From Escherichia coli (GTDB taxonomy: Bacteria > Pseudomonadota > Gammaproteobacteria > Enterobacterales > Enterobacteriaceae), in NCBI RefSeq assembly GCF_045037415.1, contig NZ_CP173438.1: 64,000 nucleotides of DNA, one strand, 5' to 3'. The first letter of the stretch is position 1. Every line of letters begins with the position of its first letter. The position numbers and the translations under genes are program-made. Below are positions 34,022 to 45,108 of this stretch, piece by piece. Below the pieces are notes generated by a model, which ran no database searches, had not been told where the DNA came from, and was given only the letters and a program-made list of their open reading frames with translations.

Positions 34022-34243
34022 AGGAGTCACGTCTTAGTAACGATTAATTAACAATGACAGTGTAAAGTTATATGACAGCAATTGAAATTGGTCTGGATTG
34101 TTAATGCGATGAAGTGTGAGGGCGATCAATCAACGAGTGAAAATTGCGGGCGTAAGGTGTTCAGGAAGCGCAAAATAGAAGATTGGTATAATAAATTAAA
34201 AAAGGGACAGCCTGAGCTATCCCTTTTCTGCATGCGGCTGAAG

Positions 34244-34816
34244 TTAGTCAGCACGACCCATATAACGGCGTTCTTCGATATGGATACGAATTTTTTCGCC
34301 CGGGCTTAAGTATTCTGGTACCTGAATCACCAGACCAGTGCTCAATGTCGCCGGTTTGTTACGGGCGCTGGCAGATGCCCCTTTGATACCTGGTGCAGTT
34401 TCAACGATTTCCAGATCAACGGTCTGCGGCAGCTCAAGCGCCAGCAACTGACCGTCCCAGGTCAGCACCTGCATGTCCGGCATGCCGCCCTCAGGCATAA
34501 ACAGCAACTCTTCTTCAATCTGATCTTTGGTGAAGGTATACGGGGTATAGTCTTCTTTATCCATAAAGACATATTCGTTGCCATCGACATAGGAGAAGTC
34601 AACGTAACGGCGGGTCAGCGTCACGGTGTCAACGATATCATCACCTTTGAAACGCTCTTCTACTTTCAGCCCGGTACGGACATCAGAAAAACGCATTTTG
34701 TACAGCGTAGCGGCACCGCGGGCAGTGGGCGACTGAATATCAATGTCCTTAACCAGCAGCAGTTTGCCGTTGTAATTCAGTACCATACCTTTTTTAATTT
34801 CGTTCGCTCTTGGCAT
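34244..34816 (-). CDS. efpL: Elongation factor P-like protein EfpL (YeiP)
   Basis: [37 protein letters not shown]...; 190 aa from internal ATG of 275-aa ORF. Confidence 0.92.
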
Positions 34817-34970
34817 CGAAAAATTCCTGTAGTCAAAAATGTCAAAAATATCGCGACAAAGTACTCGCGACGGGCCTTTCGGGCAAGTGGTATTCGCACT
34901 TTTGCTGGTGCAAAAAAGGTGGTACTGTGCGCGCTCATCAATCCGGTGGTTAACCTTAAGAGAACAACGT

Positions 34971-35225
34971 ATGGAATGCCGTCCGGGTTGCGGGGCGTGT
35001 TGCACTGCCCCTTCAATTTCCAGCCCTATTCCCGGTATGCCAGATGGCAAGCCCGCCAATACTCCCTGCATTCAGCTTGATGAACAGCAACGCTGTAAAA
35101 TTTTCACCTCGCCACTGCGACCGAAAGTCTGTGCAGGCTTACAAGCCAGCGCTGAAATGTGCGGTAACTCGCGTCAGCAGGCCATGATCTGGCTTATCGA
35201 TCTGGAAATGTTGACCGCGCCTTAA
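34971..35225 (+). CDS. yeiW: UPF0153 cysteine-cluster protein YeiW
   Basis: [45 protein letters not shown]... 84 aa from internal ATG. Confidence 0.85.
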
Positions 35226-36403
35226 ACATCTTTAATTCGCAGTAAGCAAAACAGAGTGGCGATAATCATCACCATCGCAAACCAGAACACAGCGTGATAA
35301 TTCCAGATCTCGGCGACGATGCCCGCCACTGATCCTGCGATGATCCAGCCCACGCGCGAAGTGTTGGTATAGAGCGTGGTGGCTGAACCTGCCTGACCGG
35401 GCATCAAATCCTGAAAATAGAGCATCCCGATGCCGCCAAGAATGCCAATAAAAATAGCATTTAGCAGCTGCAAGCCCAACAGAATGACAGGTGAATGCGC
35501 CATCAGCATTCCTGCGTAAAAACAGACGCCACCCACGGCAGCAACGCGCATTAAGAAGCGCTTACCCAGACGTTTGGCAAAATATCCGGCGATCAACATG
35601 GTCGGGATTTCCAGCCCGGCGGCGGTCCCCATCATCACACCGGCCAGTTTCTCGGGAAGATGCAGTTCGTTGATAATAAATAGCGGCATGTTGATGATGT
35701 ACAGGCTGTTCGAGCCCCACATCAATGTACAAATGACAAACAGCAGCAACGTATCGCGACGGTTACGGCGCGGCGCTTCAACCGTGCCGGTCGCCAGCGG
35801 AAGCTCTTTTTGCATCGACGGCAAAAACAGCCACACCATCACGCCGCAAACAATAAACGCTACCGCTGCGCTCAGATACATTACCGTAAAGCTGAAACCC
35901 ATCGCTAAGGCATAAGCCAGCGGTGGGCCAATGACCCATGCCAGTGAAACCTGAGCGCGTAAAAAAGAGCTGAACATCACCGCCTCACGTCCGGTTTTGT
36001 CAGCATGTTCACGGGCAAGGGCAAACATTTGCGGGTTAGCGGTCGAGCCAAAGCTGCTAAGAAAGACGCCAACGAATAGCAAAACAAAGTAGTTGCGATT
36101 CCAGGCAAAAAGGGTGCAGGCCAGCACGCCTAACAGGCAGCAAAAGACAATCAGCGATTTGCGATCGCCGCGCTTATCAGAGCGCCCGGCGAGAAACTGA
36201 CTCACCAGAATCCCAATGACAGCGCTGCCGGTAAAGAAGAATCCCACCATCGCCGGACGGGCATGTACTTCATCAGTAAGAAAAATACTGAGTGTCGGGG
36301 TTTGCAGAGCGCCCGCAATACCGGTGAGAAAGGCAACGATTAAAAACGCCGTCGAGGTCAGGTCAAACGATTTCGCGCTGGTGACTGTGGGGGAGTTATG
36401 CAT
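35222..36403 (-). CDS. setB: Sugar efflux transporter SetB (MFS)
   Basis: 393-aa 12-[33 protein letters not shown]... Confidence 0.93.
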   Translation of the reverse strand: MHNSPTVTSAKSFDLTSTAFLIVAFLTGIAGALQTPTLSIFLTDEVHARPAMVGFFFTGSAVIGILVSQFLAGRSDKRGDRKSLIVFCCLLGVLACTLFAWNRNYFVLLFVGVFLSSFGSTANPQMFALAREHADKTGREAVMFSSFLRAQVSLAWVIGPPLAYALAMGFSFTVMYLSAAVAFIVCGVMVWLFLPSMQKELPLATGTVEAPRRNRRDTLLLFVICTLMWGSNSLYIINMPLFIINELHLPEKLAGVMMGTAAGLEIPTMLIAGYFAKRLGKRFLMRVAAVGGVCFYAGMLMAHSPVILLGLQLLNAIFIGILGGIGMLYFQDLMPGQAGSATTLYTNTSRVGWIIAGSVAGIVAEIWNYHAVFWFAMVMIIATLFCLLRIKDV

Positions 36404-36639
36404 GCTGGTCGATCACTGGAAGAGGAAGACGCGGAGTTTACGCTGCTTGTCAGAAAATAAACAGACAGCGAAATCAAAAGCGCCACGAATAATCAAAATG
36501 CCATTTCACTGTTGCTGATTGGCTGCTGACACTGCTGAAATGAAATTGCTGATAACGGATTTTCCCATCAGCAATTAGGAAAAATGACAAAAAATTGTGC
36601 AGCACATCAAACTTTTGCTCATAACTTTACGGCTTTCCT

Positions 36640-36756
36640 TGCGCGCTGAAACAGAAGTATTATGCTTCCTTGAAACGTTTCAGCGCGATCTTGTCTTTAA
36701 CCCTAAGCCAGGTTGGCGCTTTTTTTCTCATAGAAGCTGAATCGTTTCAATTCAGC
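36640..36756. promoter_or_regulatory. fruBKA promoter region with Cra (FruR) operator palindromes
   Basis: Cra-box-like palindromes tgaaacgtttca (36671-36682) and gctgaatcgtttcaattcagc (36736-36756), plus gcgctgaaac (36641-36650), just upstream of fruB ATG. Confidence 0.75.
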
Positions 36757-36770
36757 AAGAGAGGAGAACT

Positions 36771-37901
36771 ATGTTCCAGTTATCTGTACAGGACATCCAT
36801 CCGGGCGAAAAGGCCGGAGACAAAGAAGAGGCGATTCGCCAGGTCGCTGCGGCGCTGGTGCAGGCCGGTAATGTAGCTGAAGGCTACGTCAATGGCATGC
36901 TGGCGCGCGAACAGCAAACCTCAACGTTCCTCGGCAATGGTATTGCTATTCCACACGGCACTACCGACACCCGCGATCAGGTGCTGAAAACCGGCGTTCA
37001 GGTATTTCAGTTCCCGGAAGGCGTCACCTGGGGGGACGGCCAGGTAGCGTACGTGGCGATCGGTATTGCTGCCAGCTCGGATGAACATCTGGGCCTGCTA
37101 CGCCAGCTGACCCACGTACTGAGCGATGATTCCGTTGCTGAACAACTGAAGTCAGCAACAACAGCAGAAGAACTTCGCGCATTGCTGATGGGCGAAAAGC
37201 AGAGTGAGCAGCTGAAGCTCGACAACGAAATGCTGACGCTGGATATCGTCGCCAGCGATCTGCTGACTCTTCAGGCGCTGAACGCTGCGCGTCTGAAAGA
37301 AGCGGGGGCAGTTGACGCCACTTTCGTCACCAAAGCCATCAATGAACAACCGCTGAACCTCGGACAGGGTATCTGGCTGAGCGATAGCGCCGAAGGCAAT
37401 CTGCGTAGCGCGATTGCGGTAAGCCGTGCGGCAAATGCTTTTGATGTGGACGGCGAAACGGCAGCCATGCTGGTGAGTGTGGCAATGAATGACGATCAGC
37501 CCATCGCGGTTCTTAAGCGTCTCGCTGATTTGTTGCTCGATAATAAAGCTGACCGCTTGCTGAAAGCGGATGCGGCAACGTTGCTGGCGCTGCTGACCAG
37601 CGATGATGCGCCGACCGACGACGTGTTAAGCGCGGAGTTTGTGGTGCGCAATGAACACGGCCTGCATGCTCGTCCAGGTACCATGCTGGTCAATACCATT
37701 AAACAATTTAACAGTGATATTACCGTGACAAACCTTGATGGCACCGGCAAACCGGCAAACGGACGTAGTCTGATGAAAGTTGTGGCACTTGGCGTTAAGA
37801 AAGGTCATCGCCTACGCTTTACCGCCCAGGGTGCAGATGCTGAACAGGCGCTGAAAGCCATTGGCGACGCTATCGCTGCTGGTCTTGGGGAGGGCGCATA
37901 A
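36771..37901 (+). CDS. fruB: Fructose PTS diphosphoryl transfer protein FruB (EIIA-FPr)
   Basis: 376-aa ORF; EIIA domain (GIAIPHG) and C-terminal HPr-like domain (GLHARPG). Confidence 0.95.
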
Positions 37902-38839
37902 TGAGCAGACGTGTTGCTACGATCACCCTTAATCCGGCTTATGACCTTGTTGGTTTCTGCCCGGAAATTGAACGCGGCGAAGTGAACCTGGTGAAAACCA
38001 CCGGTCTGCATGCGGCGGGTAAAGGCATCAACGTGGCCAAAGTATTAAAAGACCTGGGAATTGATGTCACCGTTGGCGGCTTCCTGGGTAAAGACAATCA
38101 GGATGGTTTTCAGCAACTGTTCAGCGAGCTGGGCATTGCCAACCGTTTCCAGGTTGTACAGGGGCGCACCCGAATTAACGTTAAGCTGACGGAAAAAGAC
38201 GGCGAAGTGACCGACTTCAACTTCTCGGGTTTTGAAGTTACCCCCGCCGACTGGGAACGCTTTGTGACTGATTCTCTGAGCTGGCTCGGTCAGTTCGATA
38301 TGGTCTGTGTCAGCGGAAGCTTACCGTCAGGCGTCAGCCCGGAAGCGTTCACCGACTGGATGACTCGCCTGCGTAGTCAGTGTCCTTGCATTATCTTTGA
38401 TAGTAGCCGTGAAGCGTTAGTAGCAGGTTTGAAAGCGGCACCGTGGCTGGTGAAACCTAACCGCCGCGAGCTGGAAATCTGGGCAGGCCGTAAACTGCCT
38501 GAAATGAAAGATGTGATTGAAGCTGCACATGCGCTACGTGAACAAGGTATTGCGCATGTTGTTATTTCACTGGGTGCCGAAGGCGCGCTTTGGGTTAATG
38601 CCTCCGGCGAATGGATCGCCAAACCACCGTCAGTCGATGTCGTAAGCACCGTTGGCGCAGGGGATTCTATGGTTGGTGGCCTGATTTATGGCTTGCTGAT
38701 GCGTGAATCCAGTGAACACACACTGCGTCTGGCGACAGCTGTTGCAGCCCTGGCGGTAAGTCAAAGCAATGTGGGTATTACCGATCGTCCGCAGTTGGCC
38801 GCAATGATGGCGCGCGTCGACTTACAACCTTTTAACTGA
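37901..38839 (+). CDS. fruK: 1-phosphofructokinase FruK
   Basis: 312-aa ORF; PfkB family; GAGDSMVGG motif. Confidence 0.95.
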   Translation: MSRRVATITLNPAYDLVGFCPEIERGEVNLVKTTGLHAAGKGINVAKVLKDLGIDVTVGGFLGKDNQDGFQQLFSELGIANRFQVVQGRTRINVKLTEKDGEVTDFNFSGFEVTPADWERFVTDSLSWLGQFDMVCVSGSLPSGVSPEAFTDWMTRLRSQCPCIIFDSSREALVAGLKAAPWLVKPNRRELEIWAGRKLPEMKDVIEAAHALREQGIAHVVISLGAEGALWVNASGEWIAKPPSVDVVSTVGAGDSMVGGLIYGLLMRESSEHTLRLATAVAALAVSQSNVGITDRPQLAAMMARVDLQPFN

Positions 38840-38855
38840 CAGCAGGAGAGGCATA

Positions 38856-40547
38856 ATGAAAACGCTGCTGATTATTGACGCTAATCTCGGTCAGGCACGC
38901 GCCTATATGGCGAAGACCCTGCTGGGCGCGGCGGCGCGAAAAGCAAAACTGGAAATCATCGACAATCCGAACGACGCAGAAATGGCGATTGTTCTCGGTG
39001 ATTTCATCCCGAATGACAGCGCGCTGAACGGTAAAAATGTCTGGCTGGGCGATATTTCCCGGGCAGTTGCGCACCCTGAGCTGTTCCTGAGTGAAGCCAA
39101 AGGCCATGCGAAACCTTACACTGCGCCGGTCGCTGCGACAGCACCGGTTGCTGCTAGCGGTCCGAAACGCGTAGTTGCGGTGACTGCTTGCCCGACTGGT
39201 GTAGCACACACCTTTATGGCGGCTGAAGCCATTGAAACCGAAGCGAAAAAACGTGGCTGGTGGGTGAAAGTTGAAACCCGTGGTTCTGTTGGCGCGGGTA
39301 ATGCAATCACACCTGAAGAAGTCGCAGCAGCGGATCTGGTGATTGTGGCGGCAGATATCGAAGTGGATCTGGCGAAATTTGCTGGTAAACCGATGTATCG
39401 CACCTCTACCGGTCTGGCGCTGAAGAAAACTGCGCAGGAACTGGATAAAGCGGTTGCTGAAGCAACGCCGTATGAACCAGCGGGCAAAGCTCAAACAGCG
39501 ACCACTGAAGGTAAGAAAGAGAGTGCAGGCGCTTACCGTCACTTGCTGACGGGCGTCTCTTACATGCTGCCGATGGTTGTTGCAGGTGGTCTGTGTATCG
39601 CGCTTTCTTTTGCTTTTGGTATCGAAGCGTTTAAAGAGCCGGGTACGTTGGCAGCGGCGCTGATGCAGATTGGTGGTGGTTCAGCCTTTGCGCTGATGGT
39701 GCCGGTACTGGCAGGTTATATTGCCTTCTCCATTGCCGATCGTCCGGGTCTCACGCCGGGTCTGATTGGCGGTATGCTGGCGGTTAGCACCGGTTCTGGC
39801 TTCATTGGCGGTATTATTGCGGGCTTCCTGGCGGGTTACATTGCGAAGTTAATCAGTACGCAACTGAAACTGCCACAGAGTATGGAGGCACTGAAACCGA
39901 TCCTGATCATTCCGCTAATTTCCAGTCTGGTGGTCGGTCTGGCGATGATCTACCTAATCGGTAAACCGGTTGCTGGCATTCTCGATGGGTTGACTCACTG
40001 GCTGCAGACCATGGGGACTGCGAATGCGGTTCTGCTGGGGGCGATCCTCGGTGGCATGATGTGTACTGACATGGGCGGTCCGGTAAACAAAGCAGCGTAC
40101 GCATTCGGTGTGGGTCTGCTGAGTACTCAAACCTATGGCCCGATGGCGGCGATTATGGCGGCAGGTATGGTGCCACCGCTGGCAATGGGTCTGGCAACAA
40201 TGGTGGCGCGTCGTAAATTCGATAAAGCGCAGCAGGAAGGTGGCAAAGCCGCTCTGGTACTTGGTCTGTGCTTTATTTCGGAAGGTGCAATTCCGTTTGC
40301 TGCTCGTGATCCGATGCGTGTGCTACCGTGCTGTATCGTTGGTGGGGCGCTGACTGGCGCAATCTCAATGGCGATTGGTGCGAAACTGATGGCTCCGCAC
40401 GGTGGTCTGTTTGTTCTGCTGATCCCTGGCGCTATTACGCCGGTATTGGGTTACCTGGTAGCAATTATTGCCGGTACGCTGGTGGCGGGTTTGGCCTATG
40501 CCTTCCTCAAACGCCCGGAAACACAAATAGTAGAAAAAAACGCATAA
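38856..40547 (+). CDS. fruA: Fructose PTS EIIB'BC component FruA
   Basis: 563-aa ORF; duplicated IIB domains (one with CPTGVAHT) and polytopic IIC domain. Confidence 0.95.
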   Translation: MKTLLIIDANLGQARAYMAKTLLGAAARKAKLEIIDNPNDAEMAIVLGDFIPNDSALNGKNVWLGDISRAVAHPELFLSEAKGHAKPYTAPVAATAPVAASGPKRVVAVTACPTGVAHTFMAAEAIETEAKKRGWWVKVETRGSVGAGNAITPEEVAAADLVIVAADIEVDLAKFAGKPMYRTSTGLALKKTAQELDKAVAEATPYEPAGKAQTATTEGKKESAGAYRHLLTGVSYMLPMVVAGGLCIALSFAFGIEAFKEPGTLAAALMQIGGGSAFALMVPVLAGYIAFSIADRPGLTPGLIGGMLAVSTGSGFIGGIIAGFLAGYIAKLISTQLKLPQSMEALKPILIIPLISSLVVGLAMIYLIGKPVAGILDGLTHWLQTMGTANAVLLGAILGGMMCTDMGGPVNKAAYAFGVGLLSTQTYGPMAAIMAAGMVPPLAMGLATMVARRKFDKAQQEGGKAALVLGLCFISEGAIPFAARDPMRVLPCCIVGGALTGAISMAIGAKLMAPHGGLFVLLIPGAITPVLGYLVAIIAGTLVAGLAYAFLKRPETQIVEKNA

Positions 40548-40556
40548 TTTCTCTTC

Positions 40557-40760
40557 ATCATCGGGGATGAGACATCTCTGCCCCGATGATGACAAACGCA
40601 AAATTGCCTGATGCGCTATGCTTATCAGACCTACATGAACCCTGCAATATATTGAATTTTTGCGCTTTTGTAGGTCGGATAAGGCGTTTACGCCACATCC
40701 AGCATGAACAAAGCGCGCATTGTCAACAATCTGAGGGCAGAAACATCTCTGCCCTTTTTC
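40557..40760. repeat. REP/BIME-like palindromic cluster downstream of fruA
   Basis: hairpin catcggggatgagacatctctgccccgatg (40557-40588); REP-like gcctgatgcg...cttatcagacctac and tgtaggtcggataaggcgtttacgccacatcc; second hairpin gggcagaaacatctctgccc + T-run (40735-40760). Confidence 0.7.
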
Positions 40761-41002
40761 TTGCCTGCCATATTGTGTGTTACACATCACAACTTTCTCT
40801 TTTGTTGCTGCATAAATAGACAAATTTTGTGACCGCCTTCATATCTGGCCGATTTCGTTTTTTCTGATCGATTTACATTACGTTAAACATGCTTATTATG
40901 AACATGTGTTTAAATCTGAACACATGCTCTAATAGTCTTATTGACTGTAATGACTATTTTACCCAATTTCTTCGTTGGCAATTTATTGCCAGGGGGCGTG
41001 CT

Positions 41003-41944
41003 ATGCGCGAAAAGGACTACATAGTAATTATTGGCTCGGCGAATATTGATGTGGCTGGGTATTCACATCATCCATTGAATTATGCGGATTCGAATCCCGG
41101 AAAAATTAAATTTACCCCAGGTGGCGTGGGAAGGAATATCGCTCATAATCTGGCGTTACTGGGGAAAAATGCCTGGCTTTTAAGTGCAGTAGGTGGTGAT
41201 TTTTATGGGCAATCATTACTGGCGCAAACTAATCAATCCGGTGTTTATGTCGATAAATGCTTAATTGTTCCGGGTGAGAATACATCCAGCTATTTATCAC
41301 TGCTCGATAATACAGGAGAAATGCTTGTCGCGATAAATGATATGAGTATTAGTGACTGTATTTCTGCAGAATTTCTTGCCCAGCATCAGGAGTTTATTCG
41401 CGGTGCAAAGGTTATTGTCGCGGATTGCAACCTTAGTGAAGAGGCGCTGGTCTGGGTTCTGGAAAATAGCGGGGAAACGCCTGTATTTATTGATCCGGTA
41501 TCGGCATGGAAATGCGTCAAAATCCGCGATCATCTGAGCAAAATCCATACGTTAAAACCTAACCGTCTTGAAGCCGAAACGTTGAGCGGAATTGCACTTT
41601 CCGGACGTGAAGATGTCGCAAAGGTCGCCGCCTGGTTTCATCAACACGGCCTGAACCGCCTGGTGCTGAGCATGGGAGGGGATGGCGTTTACTACAGTGA
41701 TATCAACGGTGAAAGTGGGTGGTCGGCCCCTATTAAAACGAATGTCATCAATGTTACTGGGGCAGGCGACGCCATGATGGCGGGGCTGGCCTCCTGTTGG
41801 GTAGACGGTATGCCGTTTATCGATTCTGTTCGATTTGCGCAGGGATGTTCGTCAATGGCACTTGCCTGTGAATATACCAACAACCCTGAATTATCAATTG
41901 CCAATGTTACATCGTTAGTGGAGAACACAGAATGTCTGAATTAA
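41003..41944 (+). CDS. psuK: Pseudouridine kinase PsuK (YeiC), PfkB family
   Basis: MREKDYIVIIGSANIDVAGYS...GVGRNIAHNLA...; 313 aa from internal ATG. Confidence 0.92.
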   Translation: MREKDYIVIIGSANIDVAGYSHHPLNYADSNPGKIKFTPGGVGRNIAHNLALLGKNAWLLSAVGGDFYGQSLLAQTNQSGVYVDKCLIVPGENTSSYLSLLDNTGEMLVAINDMSISDCISAEFLAQHQEFIRGAKVIVADCNLSEEALVWVLENSGETPVFIDPVSAWKCVKIRDHLSKIHTLKPNRLEAETLSGIALSGREDVAKVAAWFHQHGLNRLVLSMGGDGVYYSDINGESGWSAPIKTNVINVTGAGDAMMAGLASCWVDGMPFIDSVRFAQGCSSMALACEYTNNPELSIANVTSLVENTECLN

Positions 41945-42870
41945 CTCTGTCCCCTGAATTATTACAAATATCCGCTGAAGTACAGGATGCTTTAAAAAAT
42001 AAAAAACCGGTTGTTGCGCTGGAATCGACCATAATTTCTCACGGAATGCCATTCCCACAAAATGCCCAAACCGCAATTGAAGTAGAAGAAACAATTCGTA
42101 AACAGGGCGCAGTACCAGCCACTATCGCCATTATTGGCGGTGTGATGAAAGTGGGCTTAAGTAAAGAAGAAATCGAATTGCTGGGCCGTGAAGGACATAA
42201 CGTGACGAAAGTTAGTCGTCGTGATTTACCTTTTGTCGTTGCTGCAGGGAAAAATGGCGCGACTACCGTTGCATCAACCATGATTATTGCAGCACTGGCT
42301 GGGATTAAAGTTTTTGCAACCGGAGGTATTGGTGGTGTGCATCGCGGAGCGGAACATACCTTCGATATTTCTGCCGATTTACAGGAACTGGCAAATACCA
42401 ATGTCACTGTTGTTTGTGCGGGGGCAAAATCTATTCTCGATTTAGGATTAACAACAGAATATTTAGAAACCTTCGGTGTACCGTTAATTGGTTATCAGAC
42501 AAAAGCGCTGCCTGCGTTTTTCTGCCGAACCAGCCCATTTGATGTCAGCATTCGTCTCGACAGTGCCCGCGAAATTGCTCGCGCGATGGCAGTGAAGTGG
42601 CAAACCGGTTTGAACGGCGGCCTGGTGGTAGCGAACCCGATCCCGGAACAGTTTGCGATGCCAGAAGAAACCATCAATGCAGCAATTGATCAAGCCGTTG
42701 CTGAAGCCGAAGAACAGGGTGTTATTGGGAAAGAGAGTACACCGTTCCTGCTGGCGCGTGTTGCGGAGCTAACCGGCGGTGATAGCCTGAAATCCAATAT
42801 TCAACTGGTCTTTAATAACGCCATTCTGGCGAGCGAAATTGCCAAAGAATATCAGCGTCTCGTGGGTTAA
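41932..42870 (+). CDS. psuG: Pseudouridine-5'-phosphate glycosidase PsuG (YeiN)
   Basis: 312-aa ORF MSELTLSPELLQISAEVQDALKNKKPVVALESTIISHGMP... Confidence 0.93.
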   Translation: MSELTLSPELLQISAEVQDALKNKKPVVALESTIISHGMPFPQNAQTAIEVEETIRKQGAVPATIAIIGGVMKVGLSKEEIELLGREGHNVTKVSRRDLPFVVAAGKNGATTVASTMIIAALAGIKVFATGGIGGVHRGAEHTFDISADLQELANTNVTVVCAGAKSILDLGLTTEYLETFGVPLIGYQTKALPAFFCRTSPFDVSIRLDSAREIARAMAVKWQTGLNGGLVVANPIPEQFAMPEETINAAIDQAVAEAEEQGVIGKESTPFLLARVAELTGGDSLKSNIQLVFNNAILASEIAKEYQRLVG

Positions 42871-42963
42871 TTTCTGGTGGGCAGAAAGCCGTCGCCCGTA
42901 CTCATCAAACATACCAAAACCTGGCGCTGACGCCGGGTTTACTGGCATGAAGGGAAAATCATT

Positions 42964-44214
42964 ATGGATATAATGAGAAGTGTTGTGGGGATGGTGGTAT
43001 TGCTGGCAATTGCCTTTGTGTTGTCGGTAAATAAAAAGAGCATCAGCTTGCGCACGGTTGGGGCTGCGCTGCTGCTGCAAATTGCCATTGGTGGCATCAT
43101 GCTCTATTTTCCCCCGGGAAAATGGGCAGTAGAGCAGGCGGCATTAGGCGTCCATAAAGTGATGTCCTACAGTGACGCAGGAAGTGCCTTTATTTTTGGT
43201 TCGCTGGTCGGTCCCAAAATGGATGTTCTGTTTGACGGTGCGGGCTTTATCTTCGCCTTTCGCGTACTCCCGGCGATTATTTTCGTTACCGCGCTTATCA
43301 GCTTGCTGTACTACATTGGCGTAATGGGGCTGCTGATTCGTATTCTTGGCAGTATTTTTCAGAAAGCCCTCAACATCAGCAAAATCGAATCTTTTGTCGC
43401 AGTCACCACTATCTTCCTCGGGCAAAATGAGATCCCGGCGATCGTTAAACCTTTTATTGATCGCATGAATCGCAACGAGCTATTTACGGCTATTTGTAGC
43501 GGCATGGCGTCTATTGCGGGTTCGATGATGATTGGCTATGCCGGAATGGGCGTGCCGATTGACTATTTGTTAGCCGCTTCGCTGATGGCTATTCCTGGCG
43601 GTATCCTGTTTGCACGTATTCTTAGTCCGGCGACGGAACCTTCGCAAGTTACGTTTGAAAATCTGTCGTTTAGCGAAACACCGCCAAAAAGCATTATTGA
43701 AGCTGCGGCGAACGGTGCAATGACCGGGCTGAAAATCGCCGCCGGTGTGGCGACGGTGGTAATGGCATTTGTGGCGATCATTGCGCTGATCAACGGCATT
43801 ATTGGTGGAGTTGGCGGCTGGTTTGGTTTTGCCAATGTCTCTCTGGAAAGCATTTTCGGCTATGTGCTGGCCCCGTTGGCATGGATTATGGGGGTGGACT
43901 GGAGTGATGCAAATCTTGCCGGAAGTTTGATTGGGCAGAAATTGGCGATTAATGAGTTTGTTGCTTATCTCAATTTCTCGCCCTATCTGCAAACGAGCGG
44001 CACGCTGGATGTCAAGACCATTGCCATTATCTCGTTCGCCCTCTGTGGGTTTGCTAACTTTGGTTCTATCGGTGTTGTCGTTGGAGCGTTTTCGGCTATT
44101 TCGCCAAAACGCGCGCCGGAAATCGCCCAGCTTGGTTTACGGGCGCTGGCGGCGGCGACGCTTTCCAACCTGATGAGCGCGACCATTGCCGGGTTCTTTA
44201 TTGGTTTAGCTTGA
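42964..44214 (+). CDS. psuT: Putative pseudouridine/nucleoside transporter PsuT (YeiM), CNT family
   Basis: 416-aa membrane ORF MDIMRSVVGMVVLLAIAFVLSVNKK... ending ...SATIAGFFIGLA. Confidence 0.92.
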   Translation: MDIMRSVVGMVVLLAIAFVLSVNKKSISLRTVGAALLLQIAIGGIMLYFPPGKWAVEQAALGVHKVMSYSDAGSAFIFGSLVGPKMDVLFDGAGFIFAFRVLPAIIFVTALISLLYYIGVMGLLIRILGSIFQKALNISKIESFVAVTTIFLGQNEIPAIVKPFIDRMNRNELFTAICSGMASIAGSMMIGYAGMGVPIDYLLAASLMAIPGGILFARILSPATEPSQVTFENLSFSETPPKSIIEAAANGAMTGLKIAAGVATVVMAFVAIIALINGIIGGVGGWFGFANVSLESIFGYVLAPLAWIMGVDWSDANLAGSLIGQKLAINEFVAYLNFSPYLQTSGTLDVKTIAIISFALCGFANFGSIGVVVGAFSAISPKRAPEIAQLGLRALAAATLSNLMSATIAGFFIGLA

Positions 44215-44221
44215 GTTTCAT

Positions 44222-44262
44222 TGCCGGATGTACGCCTTATTAAGCGTTGCATCCGGCAATCG
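44222..44262. repeat. REP-like palindrome after psuT
   Basis: ttgccggatgtacgccttattaagcgttgcatccggcaa imperfect palindrome typical of REP. Confidence 0.65.
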
Positions 44263-44280
44263 CACTATTGCCAATAATTT

Positions 44281-44940
44281 TTACTGCATCATCCCGGAGA
44301 ATTTATTCTCCGGGTCCATCTCCAGCGCCAGTCCTGACAACTGCTTTCTGTTTTTAATGAGATACCCTTTCTTGCTTTTAATTAATAAACCGTCATTAAT
44401 GAATTGCGCGAGAACATATAAAAGATGTCGATAAGAAACGCCTAAATACTCTGCCGCTTGCGTATGCTTTTCGTGATAAAGATCACCTTCCTGCGAGAGT
44501 AATATAAAAGCTGCCAGGCGATTCACTAACGGAAATGATTGATTCTGAGTTAAAGAAACAATATTACGATAATTTTTATGACTTAAGGTGACGCAGAGTT
44601 TTCGTAAAAATAGCGTGTCGTTTAATAACAGCGGGCGGTAATGCTTCATAGGGAGCGCAAGGCACCAACACTCTTCAATAGCCTGCACTGCACGCGGTTC
44701 ATGGTCTTTGTCGATTAACTCAATCTCGCCAATAAAACAGGGCGCGGCAAAGAAATCGATCAGCGACACGCGACCATTAGCAAGCGTGACGTAAAGCCTG
44801 GCGCGGCCTCGCGTCAGGTAAAACAGCCAGGACGGCTGTTGCCCTTCCTGCACAATGTAGTCACGCGCTAAAAAATGAAACAGCCGCGTATCGGCTGAAA
44901 CATCCGTTGAAAAGCAATCCTTAAACGCAGATTCACTCAT
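44281..44940 (-). CDS. yeiL: CRP/FNR-family transcriptional regulator YeiL
   Basis: [23 protein letters not shown]...; cNMP-binding-like fold plus C-terminal HTH; 219 aa from internal ATG. Confidence 0.9.
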   Translation of the reverse strand: MSESAFKDCFSTDVSADTRLFHFLARDYIVQEGQQPSWLFYLTRGRARLYVTLANGRVSLIDFFAAPCFIGEIELIDKDHEPRAVQAIEECWCLALPMKHYRPLLLNDTLFLRKLCVTLSHKNYRNIVSLTQNQSFPLVNRLAAFILLSQEGDLYHEKHTQAAEYLGVSYRHLLYVLAQFINDGLLIKSKKGYLIKNRKQLSGLALEMDPENKFSGMMQ

Positions 44941-45108
44941 CAATTGCTGCTTAAGATCATTATTGTGGATTTCTTTCACGATGTTTATCCGCTATGAGAT
45001 TTCTCATATTTAGCATACGTACGCTGTTGTTAAGATTCAATCATCGGCCAGGTCGAATTTTCTTTGCTGTAGAAACAATAACGCAACTGGAAACAGAGGA
45101 AATAAACA

